Virus record (IMG/VR): IMGVR_UViG_3300035180_001680
Direction: 5' to 3' (one strand)
From: a virus
Lineage: Duplodnaviria > Caudoviricetes
DNA: 64,000 bases
Shown here: one piece after another, positions 49,066 to 59,028 of the stretch
Numbering within the stretch: the stretch's first letter is position 1
Layout: each line of letters starts with the position of its first letter
The notes under the pieces: model-generated
The model's database searches: none
What the model was told of the DNA's origin: nothing
Seen by the model: the letters and a program-made list of their open reading frames with translations, nothing else
Translations under genes and position numbers: made by a program

Positions 49066-52000
49066 TTAAAATTCCACTTCTTCTTCGATGAATACGCTTT
49101 GGGGGCTTGGTACTTCTAAATTGATAACAACAAAGATTTTACGAAGTGTTTCATCAACCAATTTTTCAATTTGAACCTTTTTGTCAATAATCGGTTCAAA
49201 CTCTTCCAAAAACCATTGTGGTATAATAGTCAAATCGGTAGGGATTGCGATTGCTTTAAATCTACCAAACATGCGTTTTAAATAAAAGACTTTGATCTTC
49301 ATATTTGATGTTATCGACAGGCTCTCTTTATCTCCGTATTCCTGTAACATATTATTCCAAAATATCCCTGCTGCGACGTGTCCAGGTAATCTTGTCTTCT
49401 CATTCAACTTCCAGGCTGCAGTATATTCCTCGATCCCCTTTATCCCTTTAGGAAGTCCAATTGACATCACATCAACAGACTCGTTGAGTTCTGTTTTGAA
49501 ATCTACGATATCTCTCGACAACACATCCCAACTTTCACCTTTCAATAACCGTTCAACATACAAAGACAGTTTTTTTGCAATTGGTTTCGGTAAAGTAGTC
49601 TTTTTCAATTCAAGACCCATAATTTTCATCTTATCAACGTGATGACCATCTAAGTCAACCAAATGAAGAACATAACGCTTCTTATCGACGAATATACCAC
49701 GATCGGAAACGACTTCGCGACCACACTTGATGATATCGTCGTATCCTGGATTGCATAAGAATGCTTCTTGCATAAATCCTTGGAATGACTTGTTAACTTG
49801 GTTTGCAACAGCGTCTGCAATCAACGTAGCTTCTTCTTGATCTCTTCCGTGAGTATTAAAGTATACGGAATCTGTGTTATGAACTAAGATATTATTTGCA
49901 AAGAATGTATGAGTGTTGTCAACTTCGATATCATACACATAATCACAATATTGTATTTCTTCTATCTTATAAACATTTACTAATTCAAAATCATACTTTG
50001 AAATTTCAGATTTTCTTTTTCCGTTTTTAACTAAATGCATTTTATCTTGTTTTCTGTTTTGAACAAACCCAACCACATTAAAAAAATCATTTGCATTCTT
50101 AACTGTAAGCCGTTTTGTGAATGTTCCGGAGAATGTCCCTTTATACGAATTTTCGGTTTGTTCGGAGAACCAAGTGGATGAAATCCCGCAACGAAATAAT
50201 AACTTTTGTGCACCAACGATTAACTGTTCATCGATATTACACAATCCGACGGTTCCGTTCATATTAACAAACCCATCTACTGAGAACCATCCTTTCATAA
50301 AAGACGATATGTTGCTTGGAATTTCATTGAACATCCAAGCAGGGATTTGTTTATTTCCAGTTGAATACAACTCTCTTCGTAAAAACTTTTTCAGTTGGGT
50401 TCCACTGATTTGAATATCGTGGACGTTAGGTTTAACTGTGTAGGAAGACAACCAACCTTGTTGTTTTAGTGGGACTATCAGTTTAGAAACAACTTCGTCT
50501 AAATCTTGTTTACCTAACGATAACAGAACTCCACCTGTGTCTGTTGTATCTACATACCCATCTCCCAACACATATCCCATTAACACGTACATCTCAGTTG
50601 AAAGTTCTTTTGATTCAATGATTGTTTGAGGGAGAGTTTTTTGGTATATCAGAGTCTTGATTTCTGTTCCCAAATCCGTCGGTTTAACTTTAGATATGTG
50701 AGCATTGTTGTATTTTTTCCTAAATTTCGAATTTACGTATCCCATGAGAGAATGGTCTTCAGTAACATTAATGTATTGACTGTTTGTAATCCACACTCGA
50801 TACATTTTTTTATTACACCTGTGTCTCATCACGTAATTGATTTGTGAATATTCGGTTTTGTTTAATTCTTCATTATACGTTAACACCTGTGGTAAATCTG
50901 TAATACAATATTCTTTGTTTCCACGAACATAATCAACCTTCGTGAAAAGTGTTTGTATTTCAATCTCTTTCATTGCTGTATTGATAACGGAATCACCAGA
51001 CACAGAATCACCGTAGATGATTGATTCTGCAGGAAATATTCCTTTGAATTCGGATCCATCGAGTGCATATGTTGGATCGTTTCCGTCCTTTTCAGCACTT
51101 TTCACAGAACTATATAATGGAAAGTTTGTGTCGTATTCCTCGTCATCAAGAATCTCGGCTGTTTTACGAACCTGGTGACGTAGAATGGCTCTTCCAGTTC
51201 CGGTCGTTGATTCACCCATTCTTAAATCAAAGAATCGGAAGTAGTAATTTGTTAATGCTCCATAAAAACTGTTCAATTTAATCTTAAACACATACTGCAA
51301 TCTATCATAGTATGCTGATTGTTCCATCAACTCTTCTTTTTCTGTTTCGTCAGAAGCGAGTTGAGCTTTTTCGTAATATTCATTCTTTAACTTTTGGTAT
51401 TCTTTTCTCTGCTTATACCACTTTGCAAGAATAGTTGGAACAATCCCTGGTTTATTTTGATCAAACACAGTTCCAAAACCACTAACAACCCACTTCTTCT
51501 GTTTTAGATATTGTCTCCACTCACTTGCAGTTCCTTCTTGTAATTCTCCGTTGTCGTATTCCAGCGTTATTGTATTATCAGAGTTTGCAACGATCTCTTC
51601 CCAATCAGATATATTTCCTGTGAACTGCCCAATCAACGTTTCCGGGCTGATATTAATGCTTCGTATTGAACTTGGATACAGACTATTTATATCAATAGAA
51701 CCAATCCACTCATGCATTCCAATCTGTGGTAATAGAACATATGCTCCCTGAATCCTTCCGTCTGGTTTTTCAGTCCAATCAGGAACTTTAACGTCAAGTT
51801 CGTAATGACAGTAATTTACCACAGCGAAATCAGATAATTTTAATGTTCCAAACACATCTTTAAATTGAGACGTTGATGTGTGACACATCACATTTGCAAG
51901 TGCAATATATCCTAATTTCTGTTCAAATCCTTTCAGAATTTCTGTATCTCGAATGTTATATCGAATGAAATGATTGAAATCATTTTTATACAATTCAGCT

Positions 52001-52860
52001 AAAGAACCTTCATATTCTAATTTAGGCAAATGTGGGAGAATCTCTTCTGCAATTGACTCTAATTTGTAAGATGGGCGTTCAGCAACTTCATATTTTCTGA
52101 ATAAATTCATATAATCTAAATGAACACGCCCAGATAAGTCACAAGTTATTGCCTGTTGTTTGAACACTTCAACTTCACGGTATCTCGGTAAATTAGCACC
52201 ATCAAACGATAAACGACGTAATGCACTTTTTCCTAAGGTTTTTTCGATTCGTTTTGCAATATATGGTATATCGAAGAAATCACTGTTCCAACCGGATAAA
52301 ATATCAGAATCTTCAATCTCTTCTAGTAATATATTAATTAATTCTTTTTCGTTTGGAACTATGACAATTTCCGATAATTCTTCCAAAGCTGTATCAAACG
52401 TAGTTGGGTCCCATCCTGGTGGTGGTATCGCAATGACAATAGAACGATTCGTGTGAATATGGTGTAGTGCTATTGCGTTTATTGGTGCATATGGATTTTT
52501 CGCTGAAGAGAATCCAATTTTTGGATTGTAATCAACCTCAATATCCAATAAAGTTATATTTGGAGTTGGGGGTGTAACATTATAATAATGCTCAGATAAC
52601 ACCTTAATATCTGGCATTATATCAGATTCATACAGTGTTGTACGTGTTAATTTTCTTTTTGTTTCTGAAAATTGTGCATATGTGTCAAAGTCATGCCTCA
52701 TTAACTTCTTACCAAAAATACTTGTATAATTCCCATTCTCGGCTTCTGTATAGAAATACAACGGAGCTGGGTAAGTCTTTACTTCCCGAACCCCGTTGTT
52801 TCTTTCCCATACTACAACTTCATTTTCGTTTTTATTAAATAATGCTGAAATATAACTCAT
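49066..52860 (-). CDS. Family B DNA polymerase (T4 gp43-like) with an intein (1,264 aa precursor)
   Basis: Exonuclease motifs DIE, GWNSDFFDIPY and YNIRD. Polymerase motifs SIDINSLYPS, KIKLNSFYG, YGD|TDS and KKRY. Confidence 0.95.
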   Translation of the reverse strand: MSYISALFNKNENEVVVWERNNGVREVKTYPAPLYFYTEAENGNYTSIFGKKLMRHDFDTYAQFSETKRKLTRTTLYESDIMPDIKVLSEHYYNVTPPTPNITLLDIEVDYNPKIGFSSAKNPYAPINAIALHHIHTNRSIVIAIPPPGWDPTTFDTALEELSEIVIVPNEKELINILLEEIEDSDILSGWNSDFFDIPYIAKRIEKTLGKSALRRLSFDGANLPRYREVEVFKQQAITCDLSGRVHLDYMNLFRKYEVAERPSYKLESIAEEILPHLPKLEYEGSLAELYKNDFNHFIRYNIRDTEILKGFEQKLGYIALANVMCHTSTSQFKDVFGTLKLSDFAVVNYCHYELDVKVPDWTEKPDGRIQGAYVLLPQIGMHEWIGSIDINSLYPSSIRSINISPETLIGQFTGNISDWEEIVANSDNTITLEYDNGELQEGTASEWRQYLKQKKWVVSGFGTVFDQNKPGIVPTILAKWYKQRKEYQKLKNEYYEKAQLASDETEKEELMEQSAYYDRLQYVFKIKLNSFYGALTNYYFRFFDLRMGESTTGTGRAILRHQVRKTAEILDDEEYDTNFPLYSSVKSAEKDGNDPTYALDGSEFKGIFPAESIIYGDSVSGDSVINTAMKEIEIQTLFTKVDYVRGNKEYCITDLPQVLTYNEELNKTEYSQINYVMRHRCNKKMYRVWITNSQYINVTEDHSLMGYVNSKFRKKYNNAHISKVKPTDLGTEIKTLIYQKTLPQTIIESKELSTEMYVLMGYVLGDGYVDTTDTGGVLLSLGKQDLDEVVSKLIVPLKQQGWLSSYTVKPNVHDIQISGTQLKKFLRRELYSTGNKQIPAWMFNEIPSNISSFMKGWFSVDGFVNMNGTVGLCNIDEQLIVGAQKLLFRCGISSTWFSEQTENSYKGTFSGTFTKRLTVKNANDFFNVVGFVQNRKQDKMHLVKNGKRKSEISKYDFELVNVYKIEEIQYCDYVYDIEVDNTHTFFANNILVHNTDSVYFNTHGRDQEEATLIADAVANQVNKSFQGFMQEAFLCNPGYDDIIKCGREVVSDRGIFVDKKRYVLHLVDLDGHHVDKMKIMGLELKKTTLPKPIAKKLSLYVERLLKGESWDVLSRDIVDFKTELNESVDVMSIGLPKGIKGIEEYTAAWKLNEKTRLPGHVAAGIFWNNMLQEYGDKESLSITSNMKIKVFYLKRMFGRFKAIAIPTDLTIIPQWFLEEFEPIIDKKVQIEKLVDETLRKIFVVINLEVPSPQSVFIEEEVEF
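49876..51006 (-). mobile_element. Intein with LAGLIDADG homing endonuclease (377 aa) at the YGD|TDS site
   Basis: Starts SVSGDSVI after YGD and ends ILVHN before T. LMGYVLGDG and FMKGWFSVDG blocks. VYDIEV block F. Confidence 0.92.
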
Positions 52861-52867
52861 TCTTTCC

Positions 52868-53188
52868 CTATTTTGTTTTTATACCTACGTTTAATCTGGG
52901 TCCTTTTAATGAAGAACAACAGGTGGGATATTGCAATCCTGCAATACCATAAAACTCTATTGGACGATGAATCATATTACACTCTGGACACATCCAAGCA
53001 TTTAATGAATAGTTACCACCAGACATCTTATATGGATCATATTCATGTCTGTAAGTATATCTGTTATTAAATGCTTTTGCTATATGTTTCCTTTCACAAA
53101 CATCTTTTCTGATTTCGCAAGATGAACACAACAAAACATATTTTTGTTTGACGTATTCCAAAAATTGTTGGAACATTTTAGTCCTCAT
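52868..53188 (-). CDS. Hypothetical Cys-rich (Zn-binding) protein (106 aa)
   Basis: CSSC, CPEC and CC motifs. Overlaps dsbA. Confidence 0.45.
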   Translation of the reverse strand: MRTKMFQQFLEYVKQKYVLLCSSCEIRKDVCERKHIAKAFNNRYTYRHEYDPYKMSGGNYSLNAWMCPECNMIHRPIEFYGIAGLQYPTCCSSLKGPRLNVGIKTK

Positions 53189-53492
53189 CAGAATGTTCTA
53201 CTCCACCGACAATCTGTTCGTATAGTTCTTCAAATTCACTATTTTCAGCCTTAACTTCATCAAAAGCATGTTTATACATTGTCTTGGCCATTTTTCCCGA
53301 ATACTTCGGAGCGATACCAAACTGCTTTTTAATCTCATCTTTAATTTCTTTGATAGAAATTTTCTCATCATCAGCTCGTCTTAATGCGTGAACGATTTCT
53401 TCCAACATTGTCCGAAGCTTGTCACGATCAGCGGGTGATGATGGGGCAGAATTATTTACCGGGGCTGTTTCTTTTTCTTTTTTAATACGCAT
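53178..53492 (-). CDS. dsbA: DsbA-like double-stranded DNA-binding protein (104 aa)
   Basis: IKEIKDEIKKQFG...K.....YK..FDE...E..E.EELYE pattern like T4 DsbA. Sigma70 promoter upstream. Confidence 0.65.
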   Translation of the reverse strand: MRIKKEKETAPVNNSAPSSPADRDKLRTMLEEIVHALRRADDEKISIKEIKDEIKKQFGIAPKYSGKMAKTMYKHAFDEVKAENSEFEELYEQIVGGVEHSDED

Positions 53493-53530
53493 AATAGTAT
53501 CTCCCTTTAGTTGTTTTAATTTATCTAATA

Positions 53531-53559
53531 ATTATAAATTACTAAAAAGGGTATGACAA
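53531..53559 (-). promoter_or_regulatory. Sigma70-type promoter TTGTCA-17-TATAAT
   Basis: Near-consensus boxes with 17-bp spacing upstream of dsbA. Confidence 0.75.
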
Positions 53560-53564
53560 CAATA

Positions 53565-56180
53565 TTATTGGGGTGTAAATAACCCACCATTTAACTGATA
53601 TTCAGCCTTTAACTGTTCAAGACAAATATATCCCTGTCCAGATGCTGGACCAAGAGAAGCCCATGTTTTGTTGAGTTTTTGAATTGCTGAATCTATATTT
53701 CCATTTTTAATGTCTGTCAACGCATTATGTTCTGAAAATAGGATTGTAGCGGCACGTTCCTGTTCTTGAACTGTGAATGTTTTAAATAACGAAGGATAGT
53801 TTTTCTGTAAACCTTTCCACGTTGAATATGTTATTTGAAATGCCCCTGCTGCTGAAGATGGTAATGACACATCTTTTTTATATTTTACATATACTTGAGG
53901 GTGTTTTGAGAAGTCTGAAAAATGCATGTTTGTAAAGGAACCAAGACTCGTTAGCGTTCCTGTCACTCCTAATTTTGATAATAAAAGTTTAGGGTCAATT
54001 GGGAATACCCAAGTTCCTGGTGATTCTGCTGCACCAATTCCGGCCCACATAACAACGAATCCGTCGACTATTCTCGTCCAGCCATCTGATTGGTAAGTTC
54101 CTTCAGCATATCTCAACATTTTAAGGAACGCTTGAACGTTTTTACTTCCAGTTTGACCATCACCACCATCGTTGATTTTGATTAATGGTCTACTCTTAAC
54201 ACAGCCCCCTGTTTGTTTTGTTCCTTTTGCAGCAGACGATTTTGCTTGGTGTCCTGTTCTGTTTTCTGCTGTTCCGGTTGTTTTTCCACTATCCGTCGTT
54301 GCCACGGGTGACTCATCGGTTAAACTATCAACATTAGAAACCTGAACAAGGTGCAATTTTTGTGTAAAAATACCATTATTAAAAGAATTATCCACAGACA
54401 TTACAAAAAATATACCATTAAACCAAAATGGATTTTGAAATGCTTTTTGATCCGGATAATTACCATTTTTAAAATCAACGAAACCAGTAGTCAAATCAAC
54501 GTAAGGCATATACACGTTGATTTTAACGTAATATGGGGTAGCTGCAACACCCGAAGGTTGAAACTTTTGTATTTCAGACGCAAACAATCTTGGGTTTCCT
54601 GTTATTGTAAGCTCTGCTGTTATTGCTTGAATTGCTGAATATTTTCGAAGTGCATCTTGGAACGCATCGTATTCAACTGCATCTTTTAAAGGAGATGACC
54701 TCGAAAACGGAATACTGGGAAGTAATGAATCAGTAGTGGTATCCGTAGTTGTTCTTGGTGGAACAGCAGATAACACATTTGTTTTCGTTTGTCCAGTTTG
54801 TGTTTTTTGGGCTGTTGCTTGCTCGGTTACTGTTTTTGCATATAACAATCCTTGCCCGATATGATCGAAATGAATTCCAAAATCAATAACATCATCATTT
54901 TTTCCAGAAAACATATAATCATATTGTAACAATTTACCCTCTGTCAATTGTTTCTGTAAAAACGAATTAAACTGTTCTGGATCTAAAGCTTTTGTCACAG
55001 AGGTTTGATTTGCATCTGTTTGTCCTGTTTTGGATGTGTAACTTTTAAAAACTGCAACAGGAATTCGAACAAGTTTATACACGTTCGTTGAAGTTACTTT
55101 ATTATTTTTATCTGTTGTCTGACGAACAGTTGTATGAACCTCGGGACGATACACATAAAATACATTGGGGTCATCAGTGGGTTGAGGAATTTTGATTTCA
55201 TCTCTAATCTGTTTACAGAAACCAACTAGATTGTATAAAGTTCTAACTATTGTTGCGCCAAGAGTGGGTGAAAAAACCCATTCATTTTTTGTAGTTTTTA
55301 AGTAATCGTTTATTCCGCTCTCCAGCGAATATTCACTACCTTGGTACGTTGGATCTAAAACAATTTCATATGTTGGAACAATTTGGTTGGTTATTTTATT
55401 ATCAACAAGTGTCTGGATTGTTTTGGAACCAAGTTCATTTAAGTTTTTGTTATATGAATCAGCAAACGATTTTAAGGTAAATCCTTGTACAACAAACGGG
55501 TGGCCACCTGCAGTTCCTGTTATTGGGGAATTTGCACTACCATCAGAGATTGGAAGAGCCTGAATTACATATGTTGTTCCTGTATTTGTGAATTCAAAAT
55601 CAATGTTTATTATTTTTAAAGGATACGGAGCAATATCAGATATTGTTTCTATGGAACCGTCATATCTGTGCCCCACAAATATAGTTTTTAACACATACTG
55701 AATAGTTGTTTGAGTCGCACCTAAAGCATTTTGAGCAGCTAATAAGAATTCAATAAAGCGTGTCCCAAATGGTTCTGTTATAGTCAAAGACGTGACTGCA
55801 CCAAAAAGACCTGGAGAAGCTGTTTTGGTTTCAACGTCATGAAGATTTCCTGGAGGTTCTCCACCAATAACATATGTTGTCATTTCAAGGTTTACTATTT
55901 GGAGATAAGAATCTGTCATTGAATTTAAAATAACAACATATGGTTTAGAACCATTAGCAGTATCAATCGAACGTGTAGTGTATCGCTCTTGACCAGTTCC
56001 TAACATATCAGGGTGTTGGTATACGTCAACGTTAGTCCCAAGAGGAGAATTCAGTGCGTCAATAACTGAACTATCATTAACACCCAACAATATGTGATGA
56101 TAAGAATAGGACCTAAAATCTTTTAATCGGTTAGCTTTAGGGTTGAGTGTTGGATCATTAAGTGTTTCGTCGTAAATCAT
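53565..56180 (-). CDS. Baseplate hub-like protein with C-terminal lambda R-like lytic transglycosylase (871 aa)
   Basis: YDYMFSGKN.DV.DF and LTITGNP hub-like motifs. C-terminal AFLKMLRYAEG...DFSKHP...AAGAFQI...WASL aligns by eye with lambda R. Confidence 0.75.
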   Translation of the reverse strand: MIYDETLNDPTLNPKANRLKDFRSYSYHHILLGVNDSSVIDALNSPLGTNVDVYQHPDMLGTGQERYTTRSIDTANGSKPYVVILNSMTDSYLQIVNLEMTTYVIGGEPPGNLHDVETKTASPGLFGAVTSLTITEPFGTRFIEFLLAAQNALGATQTTIQYVLKTIFVGHRYDGSIETISDIAPYPLKIINIDFEFTNTGTTYVIQALPISDGSANSPITGTAGGHPFVVQGFTLKSFADSYNKNLNELGSKTIQTLVDNKITNQIVPTYEIVLDPTYQGSEYSLESGINDYLKTTKNEWVFSPTLGATIVRTLYNLVGFCKQIRDEIKIPQPTDDPNVFYVYRPEVHTTVRQTTDKNNKVTSTNVYKLVRIPVAVFKSYTSKTGQTDANQTSVTKALDPEQFNSFLQKQLTEGKLLQYDYMFSGKNDDVIDFGIHFDHIGQGLLYAKTVTEQATAQKTQTGQTKTNVLSAVPPRTTTDTTTDSLLPSIPFSRSSPLKDAVEYDAFQDALRKYSAIQAITAELTITGNPRLFASEIQKFQPSGVAATPYYVKINVYMPYVDLTTGFVDFKNGNYPDQKAFQNPFWFNGIFFVMSVDNSFNNGIFTQKLHLVQVSNVDSLTDESPVATTDSGKTTGTAENRTGHQAKSSAAKGTKQTGGCVKSRPLIKINDGGDGQTGSKNVQAFLKMLRYAEGTYQSDGWTRIVDGFVVMWAGIGAAESPGTWVFPIDPKLLLSKLGVTGTLTSLGSFTNMHFSDFSKHPQVYVKYKKDVSLPSSAAGAFQITYSTWKGLQKNYPSLFKTFTVQEQERAATILFSEHNALTDIKNGNIDSAIQKLNKTWASLGPASGQGYICLEQLKAEYQLNGGLFTPQ

Positions 56181-56488
56181 TATATTATTTCAGTATTAAC
56201 TCGTGTTGGGGTTGGAATAACAATGTTCATTCCTTCAACAAATTCCGTATTAATATCTAGTATATTGTTGTATTGAAGAATAACCCACATATATGATGGG
56301 GAACCATATGCATCAAATGCCAGTAAATCAGGGCGAAGATGATATTTTGAATTTATTGTGAGCAAAATATCATCTTTGCTTTGTGTAAAAACAATACGTT
56401 CCCACCACCCCAAACGGGTTGGGAACTGTTCGGTGATTCCACCTCTAACATATCTTGATTTTAAATTTTTAGTTGAATTTGTTGACAT
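56180..56488 (-). CDS. Baseplate wedge protein, T4 gp53-like (102 aa)
   Basis: Y.LRPDLLA...YG....WVILQYNNILD...F..G..I.IP. Confidence 0.8.
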   Translation of the reverse strand: MSTNSTKNLKSRYVRGGITEQFPTRLGWWERIVFTQSKDDILLTINSKYHLRPDLLAFDAYGSPSYMWVILQYNNILDINTEFVEGMNIVIPTPTRVNTEII

Positions 56489-57261
56489 TAAAATCCGTCC
56501 AATATTCCGCTTGTGTATTTAGCGAGGTTGAATTGATTGACTTCTTGGGGTGCATGAGATTCTGTTAAATCAATACTAACCGACATTATAACAGGGAAAG
56601 GGACACCTCCTAAGGCGTCAATTTGCCCTCTCATTGCTGTTGGAATATACGTAACATCATTTGGATAGGTTATTGATAAATTAGATAATACAACAGGGAC
56701 TCGGTTTATGTTTCCCATATAAGTTTTAGATTCTTGTTTGGATTGATTTCCACTTACTTGGGTGTATGCAGAAAAATAGAGAATTTCTGGTGGAGCACCC
56801 AATCGTTTCTTTAATGATTTGGTTTCTGCTTGCAATCTTGAATAAGGATCTAAATTCAATGTTTCACCTGATTGAATTTGAGTGAAAAATGCGTTGAGTT
56901 GTGATTGGTCAAATTCAGTTTGACCATAATAAGGCATTCTCCAAGAACGTAAGATGTTTAATGTTTGAATGTTATCTCGAGCTTCTGATGGTGTTCTTGA
57001 TATCAATTTTACATCGTTCATATTATATGTTCTTGATGGTGTACCCTTATACATTTGAAATGATGTAGGGCCATGAAGAACTTGGATAGCATCATACAAA
57101 ACTTGACCATTTTCTGCAATTTGAGGAGATACGTTTAATACCACAACCTTTTGTGAATATTGTGTCTTATCAGAATAAACTGATTGATCAATCGCTGAAA
57201 TTAGTTTAACTTTAAAATCTTCTGTTGTTGGTGGTTGAACAATTGGCATATATGGTTCCAT
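56488..57261 (-). CDS. Baseplate / tail-tube initiator-like protein (257 aa)
   Basis: GAPP..L.F....VPVVL..LSI.YP...YIP...P...S.SI.L.E pattern. CATAAATA on the minus strand at 57322-57329. Confidence 0.65.
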   Translation of the reverse strand: MEPYMPIVQPPTTEDFKVKLISAIDQSVYSDKTQYSQKVVVLNVSPQIAENGQVLYDAIQVLHGPTSFQMYKGTPSRTYNMNDVKLISRTPSEARDNIQTLNILRSWRMPYYGQTEFDQSQLNAFFTQIQSGETLNLDPYSRLQAETKSLKKRLGAPPEILYFSAYTQVSGNQSKQESKTYMGNINRVPVVLSNLSITYPNDVTYIPTAMRGQIDALGGVPFPVIMSVSIDLTESHAPQEVNQFNLAKYTSGILDGF

Positions 57262-57332
57262 TAAAACATAAATATGTTGTTATATGAGTAAAGTCTGTTC
57301 TTACTTATGTGACTGTGTTGATATTTATGTTG

Positions 57333-57361
57333 TTGTCACGTGATACAAAAAATTGTATAAT
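57333..57361 (+). promoter_or_regulatory. Sigma70-type promoter TTGTCA-17-TATAAT upstream of the late sigma gene
   Basis: Exact spacing, with the same -35 box as the dsbA promoter. Confidence 0.75.
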
Positions 57362-57395
57362 ATACATCTATAATAATTATAATAAAGGACCGCCA

Positions 57396-57965
57396 ATGAG
57401 CAATCCAATAACTGAAACACCAGTAACAACCGAAGTAGTAGCACCAACCTCTCCAAAGAAAAATTACCTCAACAACAAAGATTTACTTTTTCAAGTAGTT
57501 ACAAGCAAGAAAAGGGGTATCATGTCAAATGAATTAGCCAATATGTTACTAACTTTGACTAGTCGTTACGCAAAAAAAGGCAATTTCGCGAACTATTCTT
57601 ATAACGATGACATGCAGGCTTATGCTATGTTAATGCTTTGTAAAACTTGGTCGGCATTCGATGAAAACAAGAGTTCAAACCCCTTTGCTTTTTTTACCCA
57701 ATGTATTAAACATTCTTTTATTCAATACTTAAACCAAGAACGTAGAGTTCGAGACATCAAAAACAAATCACTAATAGAAAACGGGTTTAATCCATCTTTG
57801 AGTTACACTCTTGACCATGAAGAAGAATTTCATGAACGGCGAGAAGCAATGATAAACGGTAATTTAGATGAATATGCGAGGAATAACGTAACGATCGTTG
57901 AAGATACAGAATTCAGTGATCCTGATGAAGTTAAAACAGAGACAGATACTCCTACAGAAGAATAA
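57396..57965 (+). CDS. T4 gp55-like late sigma factor (189 aa)
   Basis: YLNNKDLL, NFANYSYNDDMQ.YA...FDENKSSNPFAFFTQC. RBS AAGGA before the ATG at 57396. Confidence 0.88.
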   Translation: MSNPITETPVTTEVVAPTSPKKNYLNNKDLLFQVVTSKKRGIMSNELANMLLTLTSRYAKKGNFANYSYNDDMQAYAMLMLCKTWSAFDENKSSNPFAFFTQCIKHSFIQYLNQERRVRDIKNKSLIENGFNPSLSYTLDHEEEFHERREAMINGNLDEYARNNVTIVEDTEFSDPDEVKTETDTPTEE

Positions 57966-57973
57966 AATCTTTT

Positions 57974-59026
57974 ATGAACAAACAAAATAAACTGAAAAAA
58001 GCCGCAGTTTTCACCGATCTTCACTATGGTCGGAAATCTAACTCCGATCAACATAATCAAGATTGTATCAATTTTCTGGAGTGGTTTTGTTCAGAAGTTA
58101 AAAAAGATCCTGAAATTGATCATATTATTTTCATGGGAGATTGGCATGAAAACAGAAGTGCTTTGAATATTTCAACGATGTTGTATTCCTTTAAGGGTGC
58201 AAAAATAATAAACAATCTCGGCCTACCAGTTTATTTTATAGTTGGAAATCATGATTTGTATTATAGACACACAAGAGATATTCATTCTTTGTTTCACTTT
58301 TCATCACTGTCTAATTTTAATATAATTGACGAACCGACTGTATGTGAAGATACTTACAAACCAATTTTATTATGTCCATATTTGTTTCATCATGAATACG
58401 TTGAATTATCACAGTACTTAAAACTTCCAATTTGGTTTGGTCATTTTGAATTCCAGGGATTTATGATAACAGGATATAATAATGTTATGCCAACTGGTCC
58501 CAATTGTGATGACTTTAAAGAGCCGAAGCATATATTTTCGGGACATTTTCATAAAAGGCAAGCAAACAAAAACGTAGTTTATATTGGAAATACTTTTCCA
58601 ATGGATTTCAGTGATGCAGGTGATACTTCTCGTGGAATGACAACATATGACTATGTGAATGATAAAATTGAATTTATTGATTGGGGTAATTGTCCAAAGT
58701 ACACAAAAACATCACTCTCGTCTTTGGTAGATGGGAAAACTATTTTATTACCTGAATCGCGAGTGAAGTGTGTAGCTGATATTGCTTTATCGTATGAAGA
58801 AGTTAGTGTGTTAAGGCAGACGTTTATTGAATCTTATAAACTACGAGAATTAGTTATTGAAGATTCTGATGAAATTGCAAATGTTATCAGTGGAACAGAA
58901 ATTGATATCGACACAAATGAATTAATGACAATAAGTGATATGATGCTTCAACTATTAAGTAGTATTGATACAGAACATATTGATAATGAAATGTTAATCG
59001 AAATATACAAATCTTTGAAGGTATAA
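57974..59026 (+). CDS. Recombination endonuclease subunit, gp47/Mre11/SbcD-like (350 aa)
   Basis: Metallophosphoesterase motifs DLH, GDW, GNHD and GHFH. Confidence 0.92.
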   Translation: MNKQNKLKKAAVFTDLHYGRKSNSDQHNQDCINFLEWFCSEVKKDPEIDHIIFMGDWHENRSALNISTMLYSFKGAKIINNLGLPVYFIVGNHDLYYRHTRDIHSLFHFSSLSNFNIIDEPTVCEDTYKPILLCPYLFHHEYVELSQYLKLPIWFGHFEFQGFMITGYNNVMPTGPNCDDFKEPKHIFSGHFHKRQANKNVVYIGNTFPMDFSDAGDTSRGMTTYDYVNDKIEFIDWGNCPKYTKTSLSSLVDGKTILLPESRVKCVADIALSYEEVSVLRQTFIESYKLRELVIEDSDEIANVISGTEIDIDTNELMTISDMMLQLLSSIDTEHIDNEMLIEIYKSLKV

Positions 59027-59028
59027 AA

